Positions 32,153 through 40,569 of a stretch of DNA of 57,042 nucleotides are shown here, piece after piece (the first letter of the stretch is position 1; every line of letters begins with the position of its first letter). The stretch covers positions 1 to 57,042 of the forward strand of contig JAYVOE010000079.1 of NCBI GenBank assembly GCA_043758065.1. Reading direction: 5' to 3'. Source of the stretch: Spartobacteria bacterium. Lineage in GTDB: Bacteria > Verrucomicrobiota > Verrucomicrobiia > Chthoniobacterales > DASVRZ01. The notes under the pieces were generated by a model. The model made no database searches, had not been told where the DNA came from, and saw only the letters and a list, made by a program, of their open reading frames with translations. Both the position numbers and the translations under genes were made by a program.

Positions 32153-33033
32153 ACCCTGGCCGCGCGGGCGGATGTTAGCTGTCGCACGAGGACTTTTACT
32201 TTCATGTTCTGCGCGCCGGTTCCTTTAAAGGTTCCACGCAACGGCGTCGCGTCGCGAAAGTCGCGTCCGTAAGAGACGGTGATGTGACGTTCGCCGCACC
32301 ATTGATTGTTAGTCGGGTCGAGTGCGACCCAGACCTGGCCGGGCAGTAACACTTCGATCCATGCATGGGTGGCCAGGGCACCAACGAGGCGTTTGCCATT
32401 GGCGTTGACGGGGTTGGCGTCGATGTAGCCGCAGATGTAGCGCGAGGGAAATCCGGCGGTGCGCAGGATGGCTAACATGATGTGGGCGAAGTCCTGACAG
32501 ACACCTTTGCGGTCGCGCCAGACGGCTGTTAGTGGAGTGGAATTATCGGTGCTGCCTTTGCGATAGTCGAAGGTCTCGTAGATGGCTTTGTTGAGATTTT
32601 CCAGACTGCTGCGGAGCGTGCCTTTGCCGGGAAAATAACGCTTGGCCCATTGGAGGGATTCGCGTCCGATTTTCACGGTTTCGGTGGGTTGCAGATAGTC
32701 GTAGATATCGGTCAAACTCGAACCTAAAATTTGCTTGGCTTCCTGGACGCTGGCGGAAAGGATGTCGTCGGGCAGAAGTTGCGGTAACGTCTCGACGACC
32801 GCATGATTCACGACAGTGAGCCGCTTGTGACGATAGGGCAGGGAAAGGAAGTCCACGGTGTTTCCGCAGAAGTCGATGTAGCGGGAAGTCGGCGTGTTAG
32901 GATTGATCTTTAGATCGTGTCGGATCACTCGCTGTCCACGTGCGGTCGGCGGTGTTAGTCGTGCTTCGAGATAGGCTTCCGCGGCGGGCGTGGCGTAGGC
33001 GTAATCTGTGCTATGAGTGATGTCGAAAAACAT
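32149..33033 (-). CDS. transglutaminase-like protein
   Basis: GVCQDFAH, RYICGY, HAWIE..DPTNN, YGRDF; ATG at 33033. Confidence 0.92.
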   Translation of the reverse strand: MFFDITHSTDYAYATPAAEAYLEARLTPPTARGQRVIRHDLKINPNTPTSRYIDFCGNTVDFLSLPYRHKRLTVVNHAVVETLPQLLPDDILSASVQEAKQILGSSLTDIYDYLQPTETVKIGRESLQWAKRYFPGKGTLRSSLENLNKAIYETFDYRKGSTDNSTPLTAVWRDRKGVCQDFAHIMLAILRTAGFPSRYICGYIDANPVNANGKRLVGALATHAWIEVLLPGQVWVALDPTNNQWCGERHITVSYGRDFRDATPLRGTFKGTGAQNMKVKVLVRQLTSARAARV

Positions 33034-33034
33034 G

Positions 33035-35623
33035 TTAGCGCAGGCTCGGGAACAGCATTTGTTCGCGCTGAGAAATGATCGCTTGATGGTTGAGAAAACT
33101 ATCAGCGATGACGTTATGAATGTTAGCGGTTTGCCGCAGCAGATCATTGAGAGTTCCCGAGAGTTTCTTCGACGGAATGACTGGTGTCGCCAAGCCTGAT
33201 ATCGATGCAACTCCGATCTCGTCTTCGGGCATGGAGACGAAGAATTGCTGCCAGTTAATTTGCTCGATGCGAAACATGAGTTCTTCGACGGAGATGACGA
33301 CTTGCGCTGGGTAATGCGAGTTTTGCCCCATGGATTCGCGGAGGAGGTTGGCGCATTTTTTCATGCAGCGAACGACGGAGCGGGGGACTTCGGAATTGCG
33401 CCAGAGCAATTCGAGAACGTGGCCCGGCGATGTGCGCATTTGATAGACGCGTCGGTAGGCGTCGCGGCTTCCTAACAGACGCAGAAAAGCGGAGAGTTCT
33501 ATCTCACTCGAATGAAGACTTCCGCGAGCGGATTGCGCGGTGAGTGAAGCCTCGATGGAAACGATGGCGTTGGCCGTGACAATCGCGCGCTCCATCATTT
33601 GTCCGATCTCGCAGAAGTTCCAGCCGTTGTCTGCTAACATGGAGCCTTGTGCAATGGCGAAAAACTGGGGAATGAGGTTGACTACAAGGTCTGCCACGCG
33701 GCGGGTAGTTCTAGCAAAAGCGGCGTCTTCCTGGTCGAGGTTGAATTTTATTTTTTCCGTGAGTTCCTGAATCTTAACCAGTGTGCCCCAGGCTTCGGGC
33801 GAGAGACTTTCCTGGAGAGATTCTGCATTGGACAACGCGCGGCGCAACGTGCCGACAACGGTGCCCGGAATGACGGGGTCGAGCATCAGGCGGTAGCGTT
33901 CCAATGCACTCGCGATACTCCGGCGGCCGGTGGCGCCAGCGACGGGCTCGAGTGGAGGCAAAATGCGATTCCACATCGGGCGATAGAGTTTGCGCTCGGC
34001 GGAGGTGAGTTCCTCGAGTTCGAGCGTTTCCACGACCTGGATCATATAGGCCATGCTGAGCGCGCGCTCGAGGTAGCGGCCCATCCAATAGAAGCCGTCG
34101 GCGACGCGGCTGGTGACCTGACGCGAGGGAGGTAAATAATCGCTGGTGTTGATCTGCGGCGGCGGATTGATTTCCTCTCCGGCGGCTCGTGCAGAAACCC
34201 AGGAATCTTTACTGCCGCTGCCGAAAAACGAGGCGGTCAATCGGCTTCCCGCCGGGGCGACGCGGGTCAGTGCGCCCGGAAAAATCTCGTAGGACGATCC
34301 ACGGCGTAGCGCGAAAACGATGTGATCCTGTAGGCGCTCGGTGAGTTTTCCGCCAGTGAAACACGGGGCGTTTTCTCCGTCGCCACCGATTTGGGCGACA
34401 AACGCGTGGGGATGTTTGCGGACTTCGAGTCGGATCGCAGCGAGCTGTTCTTCGGTGGGCGCGAGGCCGAGCGGATGGCCGAGGATGCGTTCGCCAGTGA
34501 GTGGGCGGATGCGGTATTTTTCGGGTTGGGCAAGAACCATTTCGCGCTGGTCGATGTCGCCGAGCCAGTAAGTGGGCAGGCTGGGAAGAATCGGGTTTTC
34601 GCCGAGGTAAAAGCGGATGATTTTTGCGGAGAAATCGAGCAGGCTGCGGTCGTCGGCGAGTTGGCTGCCGATGCCGTTGACGAGGGAAACGGTGCCTTTG
34701 CGAATGCAGTTTACAAGGCCCGGAACGCCGAGGCGAGAGTCGCGGCGAAAGACCATCGGGTCGAGCCATGCGTCTGCAACTCGCGTGTAAATTGTTTCCA
34801 CCTTTTCGAGGCCGGAAACTGTCTTCAAGAAAACGCAATCGTCGAGCACGAGCAGGTCGCCTCCTTGAACGAGCGGAATGCCCATGCGCCGCGCCAAAAA
34901 GCTGTGCTCGGAATAGACCGCGCTGGTCGTTCCTGGCGAGAGCAAGACCACCACGGGGTCGTGTGTTTTGGGGGTCATCGCGCGGAGTTTTTCGAGGATG
35001 TCGAGCGGCGTATTTGCGATTGAACTGACCGGGAAATCGCGGAAAATTTCCGGCACCACGCGAGCGAGCACGCGGCGGTTTTGCATCATGTAAGCGACGC
35101 CCGAGGCATGGCTGAAGTAATGGTTTTTCGCGACGAGCCGCCCATGTTCGTCCCGAGTAATGGCCAGCCCCGCGAGGTGCAAATACGCGCCATCCGCCGG
35201 GCTCAAGCTCGGGCAGACGCGTTGATAATGCGGACTCCCGAGCACGCTTTGCAGAGGCAGCACGCCTGAGCGGAGGATCTCTTTTTTCCCATAGACGTCG
35301 TGCAGAAACATCTCAAAAGCCCGCAGCCGCTGGCGAAATCCCTCACCGATGATTTGCCAGTCGTCATCGCTAAAAATGTGCGGAACAATGTCGCAGACCC
35401 ACGGCGTTTCGGCAGGTTCGCCACGAACGAAATCAAAGCTGACGCCCATTTCGCGCAAAGTCGCATCCATCCGCTCCTCAAGATTGCGGATGTCGGCCGC
35501 TTTTCGGCCCGTGAAAAAGCCGAGCGCCGGGTTTTGCAGACGAGACGACGCGGGCAGATCGGCAGCAACCGTTTTCGGCCGTCCCATCAGTGTGTTTCCC
35601 AAAGCCGGATCTTCCAATTTCAA
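33035..35623 (-). CDS. circularly permuted ATP-grasp type 2 fused to alpha-E domain
   Basis: SGVAYMMQNR, LDPMVFRRDSRLGVPGL, GSGSKDSWV, then SRVADGFYWMGRYLERA (alpha-E). Confidence 0.9.
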   Translation of the reverse strand: MKLEDPALGNTLMGRPKTVAADLPASSRLQNPALGFFTGRKAADIRNLEERMDATLREMGVSFDFVRGEPAETPWVCDIVPHIFSDDDWQIIGEGFRQRLRAFEMFLHDVYGKKEILRSGVLPLQSVLGSPHYQRVCPSLSPADGAYLHLAGLAITRDEHGRLVAKNHYFSHASGVAYMMQNRRVLARVVPEIFRDFPVSSIANTPLDILEKLRAMTPKTHDPVVVLLSPGTTSAVYSEHSFLARRMGIPLVQGGDLLVLDDCVFLKTVSGLEKVETIYTRVADAWLDPMVFRRDSRLGVPGLVNCIRKGTVSLVNGIGSQLADDRSLLDFSAKIIRFYLGENPILPSLPTYWLGDIDQREMVLAQPEKYRIRPLTGERILGHPLGLAPTEEQLAAIRLEVRKHPHAFVAQIGGDGENAPCFTGGKLTERLQDHIVFALRRGSSYEIFPGALTRVAPAGSRLTASFFGSGSKDSWVSARAAGEEINPPPQINTSDYLPPSRQVTSRVADGFYWMGRYLERALSMAYMIQVVETLELEELTSAERKLYRPMWNRILPPLEPVAGATGRRSIASALERYRLMLDPVIPGTVVGTLRRALSNAESLQESLSPEAWGTLVKIQELTEKIKFNLDQEDAAFARTTRRVADLVVNLIPQFFAIAQGSMLADNGWNFCEIGQMMERAIVTANAIVSIEASLTAQSARGSLHSSEIELSAFLRLLGSRDAYRRVYQMRTSPGHVLELLWRNSEVPRSVVRCMKKCANLLRESMGQNSHYPAQVVISVEELMFRIEQINWQQFFVSMPEDEIGVASISGLATPVIPSKKLSGTLNDLLRQTANIHNVIADSFLNHQAIISQREQMLFPSLR

Positions 35624-35721
35624 AGCGGGTCAGTGTTTCTTTGATTGCCGCCCAAATCAAGCTACGAATCGCGCCGCAACCGCGTTTCCATCCGAGGAAA
35701 AATTTTCATCGGAGTTAGAGC

Positions 35722-36195
35722 CTAATCTTCGTCGGGAAGGTCGTCGTCCGTATTCTGCGAACGCGCCATTTTTTCCAAGATCTCGCTCATGTCGTCCACT
35801 TGATTCCAGACGTCTTCGACGACATAAATCGGGGCGTTTTGCTGGACGGCGAGCGCAATGCAATCACTCGGGCGCGCGTCGATTTCCACGATTTTGCGGT
35901 CGTGCAGCTCGTTCTCGGCACTGAGGATTAACCGGGCGAAATACGTTCCTTCCTTGAGGTCGTTGATGATCACGCGTTCCACTTTCGCGCCCAGCGAAGT
36001 CAGGATGTGAGCCATGAGGTCGTGGGTGAGGGGACGCGCCTTGGCGGTCTGACGCATGAACATCGAAATCGCCTGGCCGACGCCGCTGTCCACGTAGATA
36101 ACGAAGCATTTTACCTGATTTCCCAAAAAGACGGCACTGCCTCCCTCGGTGGGGAGGACGGCCCGGGGATGAATTTCGACGACGGATTTGCCCAT
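35722..36195 (-). CDS. bifunctional nuclease family (DUF151)
   Basis: RPLTHDL, YFARL, IDARPSDCIALA. Confidence 0.92.
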   Translation of the reverse strand: MGKSVVEIHPRAVLPTEGGSAVFLGNQVKCFVIYVDSGVGQAISMFMRQTAKARPLTHDLMAHILTSLGAKVERVIINDLKEGTYFARLILSAENELHDRKIVEIDARPSDCIALAVQQNAPIYVVEDVWNQVDDMSEILEKMARSQNTDDDLPDED

Positions 36196-36342
36196 AACAG
36201 GAGATTACTACCTAACCCGAATGAAAATAATTCGCGAGCACAAACAGAAAATTCACACCCTTTTTTCCGCTTGCACAGCCGTTGAATAGCCATTAAATAC
36301 CCGCCTCCCAAATCCGGCTCAGCCCATTTTTCTTCCCTATTT

Positions 36343-36924
36343 ATGCCCAAGACCAAGATTGTTAAATCATCCCCCAAGCAATCGAGAAACGATGTTTTTG
36401 AGGTGGACGAGTCTGTAACTATCCTCCCCGGCGATCAGCCCGATCCTGATGCGGGTCTCTCGCCGTTTTTGAAAAAGCAGAAAGCCCGCCTCGTTGCCCT
36501 CCGCGACACGATGGTCGACTCCATGATGGGTGTCGCGAAGGACAACCTCCGCGCTCGTGCCGAAGGCAGTGAAGCCTCTGCGTTCGGTATGCACCAGGCC
36601 GATGCTGGCAGCGACGCATACGATCGTGATTTCGCTCTTAGCCTGCTCTCCAGCGAACAGGATTCCCTCAACGAAATCGAGGAGGCTCTCCGCAGAATCG
36701 AATCCGACTCCTATGGAATTTGCGAGATGTGCAACAAGCCAATCCCGCACGTTCGCCTCGAAGCGATCCCGTTTACCCGCTACACCGTTGATTGCCAGTC
36801 GAGCCTCGAAAAGCAGAACAAAATGACCCGCGTTCGCCAGTCGGTCACCTCGCTCTTCGGCCTGACCGACGAGGAAGGCAACGAGACCGAGGAAGAAGAA
36901 TCCACGGTTGATACTAAGGAATAA
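36343..36924 (+). CDS. TraR/DksA family transcription factor
   Basis: Coiled coil HQADAGSD, EIEEALRRI..YGICEMC..RLEAIP..C. Confidence 0.88.
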   Translation: MPKTKIVKSSPKQSRNDVFEVDESVTILPGDQPDPDAGLSPFLKKQKARLVALRDTMVDSMMGVAKDNLRARAEGSEASAFGMHQADAGSDAYDRDFALSLLSSEQDSLNEIEEALRRIESDSYGICEMCNKPIPHVRLEAIPFTRYTVDCQSSLEKQNKMTRVRQSVTSLFGLTDEEGNETEEEESTVDTKE

Positions 36925-36947
36925 CTAGCGTATAACCCACGTCCACC

Positions 36948-37121
36948 ATGGCCCAAGACATCATCACTCTCGAATGCACTGAGGCGAAAGCCGAAGGCAA
37001 ACCCGCTTCCCGTTACATGTCCACCCGTAACAAAAAGAGCCCAAACACTCCGACTCGTCTGGAGAAGAAAAAATACAATCCTTTCCTCCGCCGTCACACG
37101 CTTCATCGCGAGACCAAGTAA
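36948..37121 (+). CDS. rpmG: 50S ribosomal protein L33 (C- form); not in ORF track
   Basis: Manual translation [51 protein letters not shown]. Confidence 0.95.
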   Translation: MAQDIITLECTEAKAEGKPASRYMSTRNKKSPNTPTRLEKKKYNPFLRRHTLHRETK

Positions 37122-37157
37122 TCCGGTCATTTCGCTCTAACTCGACTCACTTTTTTT

Positions 37158-37397
37158 ATGCAGCCAAAAACCGCTCAACGCCGCTCCAATTTCCGCCGTG
37201 CGAACCGCATCATGCCTCGCCGCCGGATGGACATCACCATCGACGCGATCGATTATAAGAACCCGGATATCTTGAAGAAATTCGTCACCGAAAGTGGCAA
37301 GATTCTTCCGCGCCGCCTCACCGGCATGCCCGCGCATTTCCATCGTAAGATCACTCGCGAAATCAAGAAAAGCCGTTCGGTTCTCTTGATGGCATAG
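37158..37397 (+). CDS. rpsR: 30S ribosomal protein S18
   Basis: IDYKN..LKKFVTESGKILPRRLTG. Confidence 0.96.
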   Translation: MQPKTAQRRSNFRRANRIMPRRRMDITIDAIDYKNPDILKKFVTESGKILPRRLTGMPAHFHRKITREIKKSRSVLLMA

Positions 37398-37429
37398 TCG
37401 CAGAAATTTTGAGCTTTGCTGCTCGAATG

Positions 37430-37466
37430 AAAGGACGTCCCCGGCCCGCCGGCGGCGTCCTTTTTC
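37430..37466 (+). terminator. putative intrinsic terminator after rpsR
   Basis: AAAGGACG..CGTCCTTTTT stem with T-tract. Confidence 0.65.
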
Positions 37467-37569
37467 TTTGAGAAACGATAGGTTCGTCCGATAAAGCGAC
37501 GAAGAAGCACCCGCAAAACGATGAGGTGTGGAGTTGACTACACCCGACGTGTGATACAAATAGTATTAC

Positions 37570-37809
37570 ATGAAAACAATTTCCACCCGTGAACTGGCAC
37601 ACCGGACTAAGGCTGTGCGAGAGTTTTTAGAAGCAGGAGAACCGCTGGCGTGGATGGCGAACGGCAAGGTGGTCGCTTATTTACGGCCTGCTGAAAACAC
37701 GGCACCGATAGCTGATTCCCACGATTGGCTTTCTCGCGCCAAGGCATCGGGTGCGGTGAACAACTCAACAACCAATGTGAGTTCTATGCTCTACGACGAC
37801 CGTGGGTAA
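37570..37809 (+). CDS. Phd/YefM-like antitoxin
   Basis: MKTISTREL..GEPL..NGKVVAYL; overlaps the downstream PIN gene. Confidence 0.8.
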   Translation: MKTISTRELAHRTKAVREFLEAGEPLAWMANGKVVAYLRPAENTAPIADSHDWLSRAKASGAVNNSTTNVSSMLYDDRG

Positions 37810-38248
37810 ACTCTATCTCGATACCGGCGCATTGGTAAAACTCTATATTGTTGAGCCTCAAAGCGAATGGGTTCAAAAGAAAGTATCCAAGCAAGGTCTA
37901 ATTCCTCTCAATCCACTCCAGCTATCCGAATTGACAAATGCCATTCTAGCAGCGGAAGGGCGCGGTATCATTTCAATCGCCGCCATGCAAAAAACTCTCC
38001 TCAACCTGGACCAGGACATCCACGCGGGAAGATTCGCCAGAGAGACACCATACTGGACGGATGTCTGGGATCAGGCGGACCAATTGGCACGGGCCCACAC
38101 GCAGAAGCTACTCTGTCGAACACTGGACATTCTACACGTGGCAATCGCCAGGTTAACGGCGGCGGATCTTTTCATAACTGGAGACAAGCGTCAGGCTGCA
38201 TTGTGCCGCAAAATTGGCCTAGCAGTAATGGAGATTCCTGAAAAATAA
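37802..38248 (+). CDS. VapC-like PIN-domain toxin
   Basis: YLDTGALVKLY..E, RTLDILHVA, FITGDKRQ. Confidence 0.88.
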   Translation: MGKLYLDTGALVKLYIVEPQSEWVQKKVSKQGLIPLNPLQLSELTNAILAAEGRGIISIAAMQKTLLNLDQDIHAGRFARETPYWTDVWDQADQLARAHTQKLLCRTLDILHVAIARLTAADLFITGDKRQAALCRKIGLAVMEIPEK

Positions 38249-38332
38249 AGGGGATCATCGAAGGTTTCTTCGATGATCGGCACAATTGGCCTACATCGCC
38301 AGCGAAGCGTCAATTGAAAGAGAATCTGCCGG

Positions 38333-38710
38333 TCAAGTTCCCGGCTGCAAGATAAATCCTCGAGACAAGCACCGTGAACAACCCGTGATTTTCGGAGGTT
38401 CTCCAAACACCCCATCTACTGGTTTTGGGAGCACAATTTTTTCATCGTGTCGTTCTTTTCCGCCTTCCAATAGAAGCCGTCGCCCAAAGCCCAGACAATC
38501 GGGACATAACTTCGCACCAATCGGTAGTCTCAGATTCTTCGCACCATTTCCCAAACAGAGCGGGCATGAACTACTCACATCATTGATGGTTCCTCGAACG
38601 ACTCGTCGTAGCATGATCCTTCCCTCCCCTTCACAAAGCGGACAGATCAAATGCCTGAGCTGCCTGTCTGGCGACCCGACGGATCGGATTAATCGGTGGA
38701 ACGACGGCAT
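38333..38710 (-). CDS. DnaJ-type zinc-finger-like small protein
   Basis: Four CxxCxxxG motifs: CPLCEGEG, CPLCLGNG, CPDCLGFG, CSRCLSRG. Confidence 0.65.
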   Translation of the reverse strand: MPSFHRLIRSVGSPDRQLRHLICPLCEGEGRIMLRRVVRGTINDVSSSCPLCLGNGAKNLRLPIGAKLCPDCLGFGRRLLLEGGKERHDEKIVLPKPVDGVFGEPPKITGCSRCLSRGFILQPGT

Positions 38711-39299
38711 TTGCTTCCACCGGGGTTTCCGCGGCCAACATGGCTAAATAAAGTTTCTTGATTTTTTCTTGTTTAAGCTGGGAAAATTCTGCCCAGCGCC
38801 GCTCTGGATCGATGTTATAAAATATCTTTCGGAGTGCGATCTCACGCGTCTCCAACTTTGAGCGGAAACCCTGCCACCATTTCATCATACCATCCTCATT
38901 TTTGCTCCGATAGCTCTCTGCGGCTATCTGTCGTTCGGAATCCAAGGTCTGGATCTCATTACAAAGGTCACTTCCGATTTTCCATGCTGCTTGCAACGGG
39001 GCGTCCTTTGACATTTCTACATGAATTGCCTTTTCCACCGGCTCTAGGTCGATTCGGGGAATTGCTTTTCCCGCCTGTAAGGTTCCAAGCAGAAATGGCA
39101 GATTATCAGACATAATCGGCTGTAAAATCTGCGACGGCTTTCGGTCGCCGATAAGGAACGGGGGCGGAGGATTCAACCATCGGTAAGCAAAGAATCCGCC
39201 AATTCCTATTACCGCCAAGAGGATGGTCCATTTCATCAAGACAACAACAAAGGCTGCTGTTTTCCGAAGATACTCTTTTTTACGGACGGGCGGCTTCAT
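38631..39299 (-). CDS. hypothetical membrane-anchored protein
   Basis: N-terminal TM helix, helical remainder. Confidence 0.6.
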   Translation of the reverse strand: MKPPVRKKEYLRKTAAFVVVLMKWTILLAVIGIGGFFAYRWLNPPPPFLIGDRKPSQILQPIMSDNLPFLLGTLQAGKAIPRIDLEPVEKAIHVEMSKDAPLQAAWKIGSDLCNEIQTLDSERQIAAESYRSKNEDGMMKWWQGFRSKLETREIALRKIFYNIDPERRWAEFSQLKQEKIKKLYLAMLAAETPVEANAVVPPINPIRRVARQAAQAFDLSAL

Positions 39300-39387
39300 G
39301 TCTTGGATTATTTGGAATTGGCATCGTTTTGCAAGATTATTTCACGCGGTTGCCGGCTCCGGTTCCGTTCGCTCCTTCCCCCGACTC

Positions 39388-39446
39388 ATGCTTTCCGAAA
39401 TCAATCGACGCCGCACGTTTGCGATCATCTCGCACCCGGATGCGGG
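39388..39446 (+). repeat. duplicated prfC 5' end (att-like direct repeat)
   Basis: 59 bp matching 40570-40628 with one synonymous mismatch (TCC vs TCT). Confidence 0.92.
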
Positions 39447-39512
39447 CAGGAGAAGAGGGCTTCGGGGCTATGCGCGCTTGCTCCGGAATAGAAGTTTCAT
39501 GACTCTATCGCC

Positions 39513-39731
39513 ATGCAAGCTCACCGCGCTGAAACGACATTGTCCGAGGATGGCGTGATCATTTTGCGCGATACCCCATTTCGCCGCGGAGAGTCGGTTG
39601 AAGTAATTGTTTTGCCGTTTTCAACGGGGGAGGCATCCGGTTCTCTTCACCCGCTTTGGGGCACACCCGTCACTTTGCTTTCGCCCACCGACGATGGTTT
39701 TGGCGGAATGAATGTCGAGTCCCGCACTTAG
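39513..39731 (+). CDS. small hypothetical, antitoxin-like protein
   Basis: ETTLSEDGVIIL..PFRRGESVEVIVL beta-rich pattern. Confidence 0.55.
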   Translation: MQAHRAETTLSEDGVIILRDTPFRRGESVEVIVLPFSTGEASGSLHPLWGTPVTLLSPTDDGFGGMNVESRT

Positions 39732-39830
39732 TTTTTGAGCCGAGTTGCAGTGAAATCTGGATGCCTGCGGTTGTGAGGCGCAACTCGTGCTCGGGTTGAC
39801 CGAAGCGGTCTGAGTAGCTATTTTTTCGCC

Positions 39831-40061
39831 ATGTCGACACAACAACTCACCATCGAGGCGATGGCACTTCCACTCTCCGAGCGGGTTTCGCTCGCACAAA
39901 CGCTCTGGCAGAGCATCGATGCCGGGTTGGCCGACACTGATGAAAGCGATGCTTTGCGTGAGGCCATTCGCCGCGCTGAGGAGCTTTCTTCCGGTGCGGT
40001 GCTGGGTCGAACTCACGATGATGTCATGCAGGCTGCCCGGCGTGCCATCGGATGCGCCTGA
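39831..40061 (+). CDS. addiction module antitoxin
   Basis: AMALPLSERVSLAQTLWQSI..EAIRRAEEL..G pattern; overlaps the toxin. Confidence 0.85.
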   Translation: MSTQQLTIEAMALPLSERVSLAQTLWQSIDAGLADTDESDALREAIRRAEELSSGAVLGRTHDDVMQAARRAIGCA

Positions 40062-40342
40062 TTCATCACCCCGATGCCGAAGCGGAACTCATCGAAGCGG
40101 CTCAGTTTTACGAGCGCAGAGTTCCCAGACTCGGCGCGCAGTTTCTCGACGCCGCCGACGTCGCAATCCGCGTCATTCAGGAGACTCCTGAGCGATGGAG
40201 CATCATTGAGGCGAATGTCCGGCGCTACCTGATGCCACGCTTTCCTTATGCGATTTATTACTGCGTATTGTTCGACGAGCTTCGCATCCTCGCGTTCAAA
40301 CACCACAGCCGTCATCCAGACTATTGGCGTTACCGTCTTTGA
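40052..40342 (+). CDS. RelE/ParE family toxin
   Basis: HPDAEAELIEAAQFYE, RFPYAIYY, HHSRHPDYW. Confidence 0.88.
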   Translation: MRLIHHPDAEAELIEAAQFYERRVPRLGAQFLDAADVAIRVIQETPERWSIIEANVRRYLMPRFPYAIYYCVLFDELRILAFKHHSRHPDYWRYRL

Positions 40343-40569
40343 GTAATCGCAACGCCTCGCTCTCTGAAAGGCATCAATAGCTGAGTGGAATTGGTGAATC
40401 GGTGCGTGTCACTTGTCCTGCTGCAACTTTCACTCGATCCATTTCGCCTCGCTGAGCTTGGAAGCCCAGCGATCTTCCCCAGTCGGACTGGCGCGGGTGA
40501 GCGAGGTGGCAGATTCCGCTGCATTTTCTTCACCCGTTGGCGGCGAATACTGTAAGGTGGTCGGCCTTT

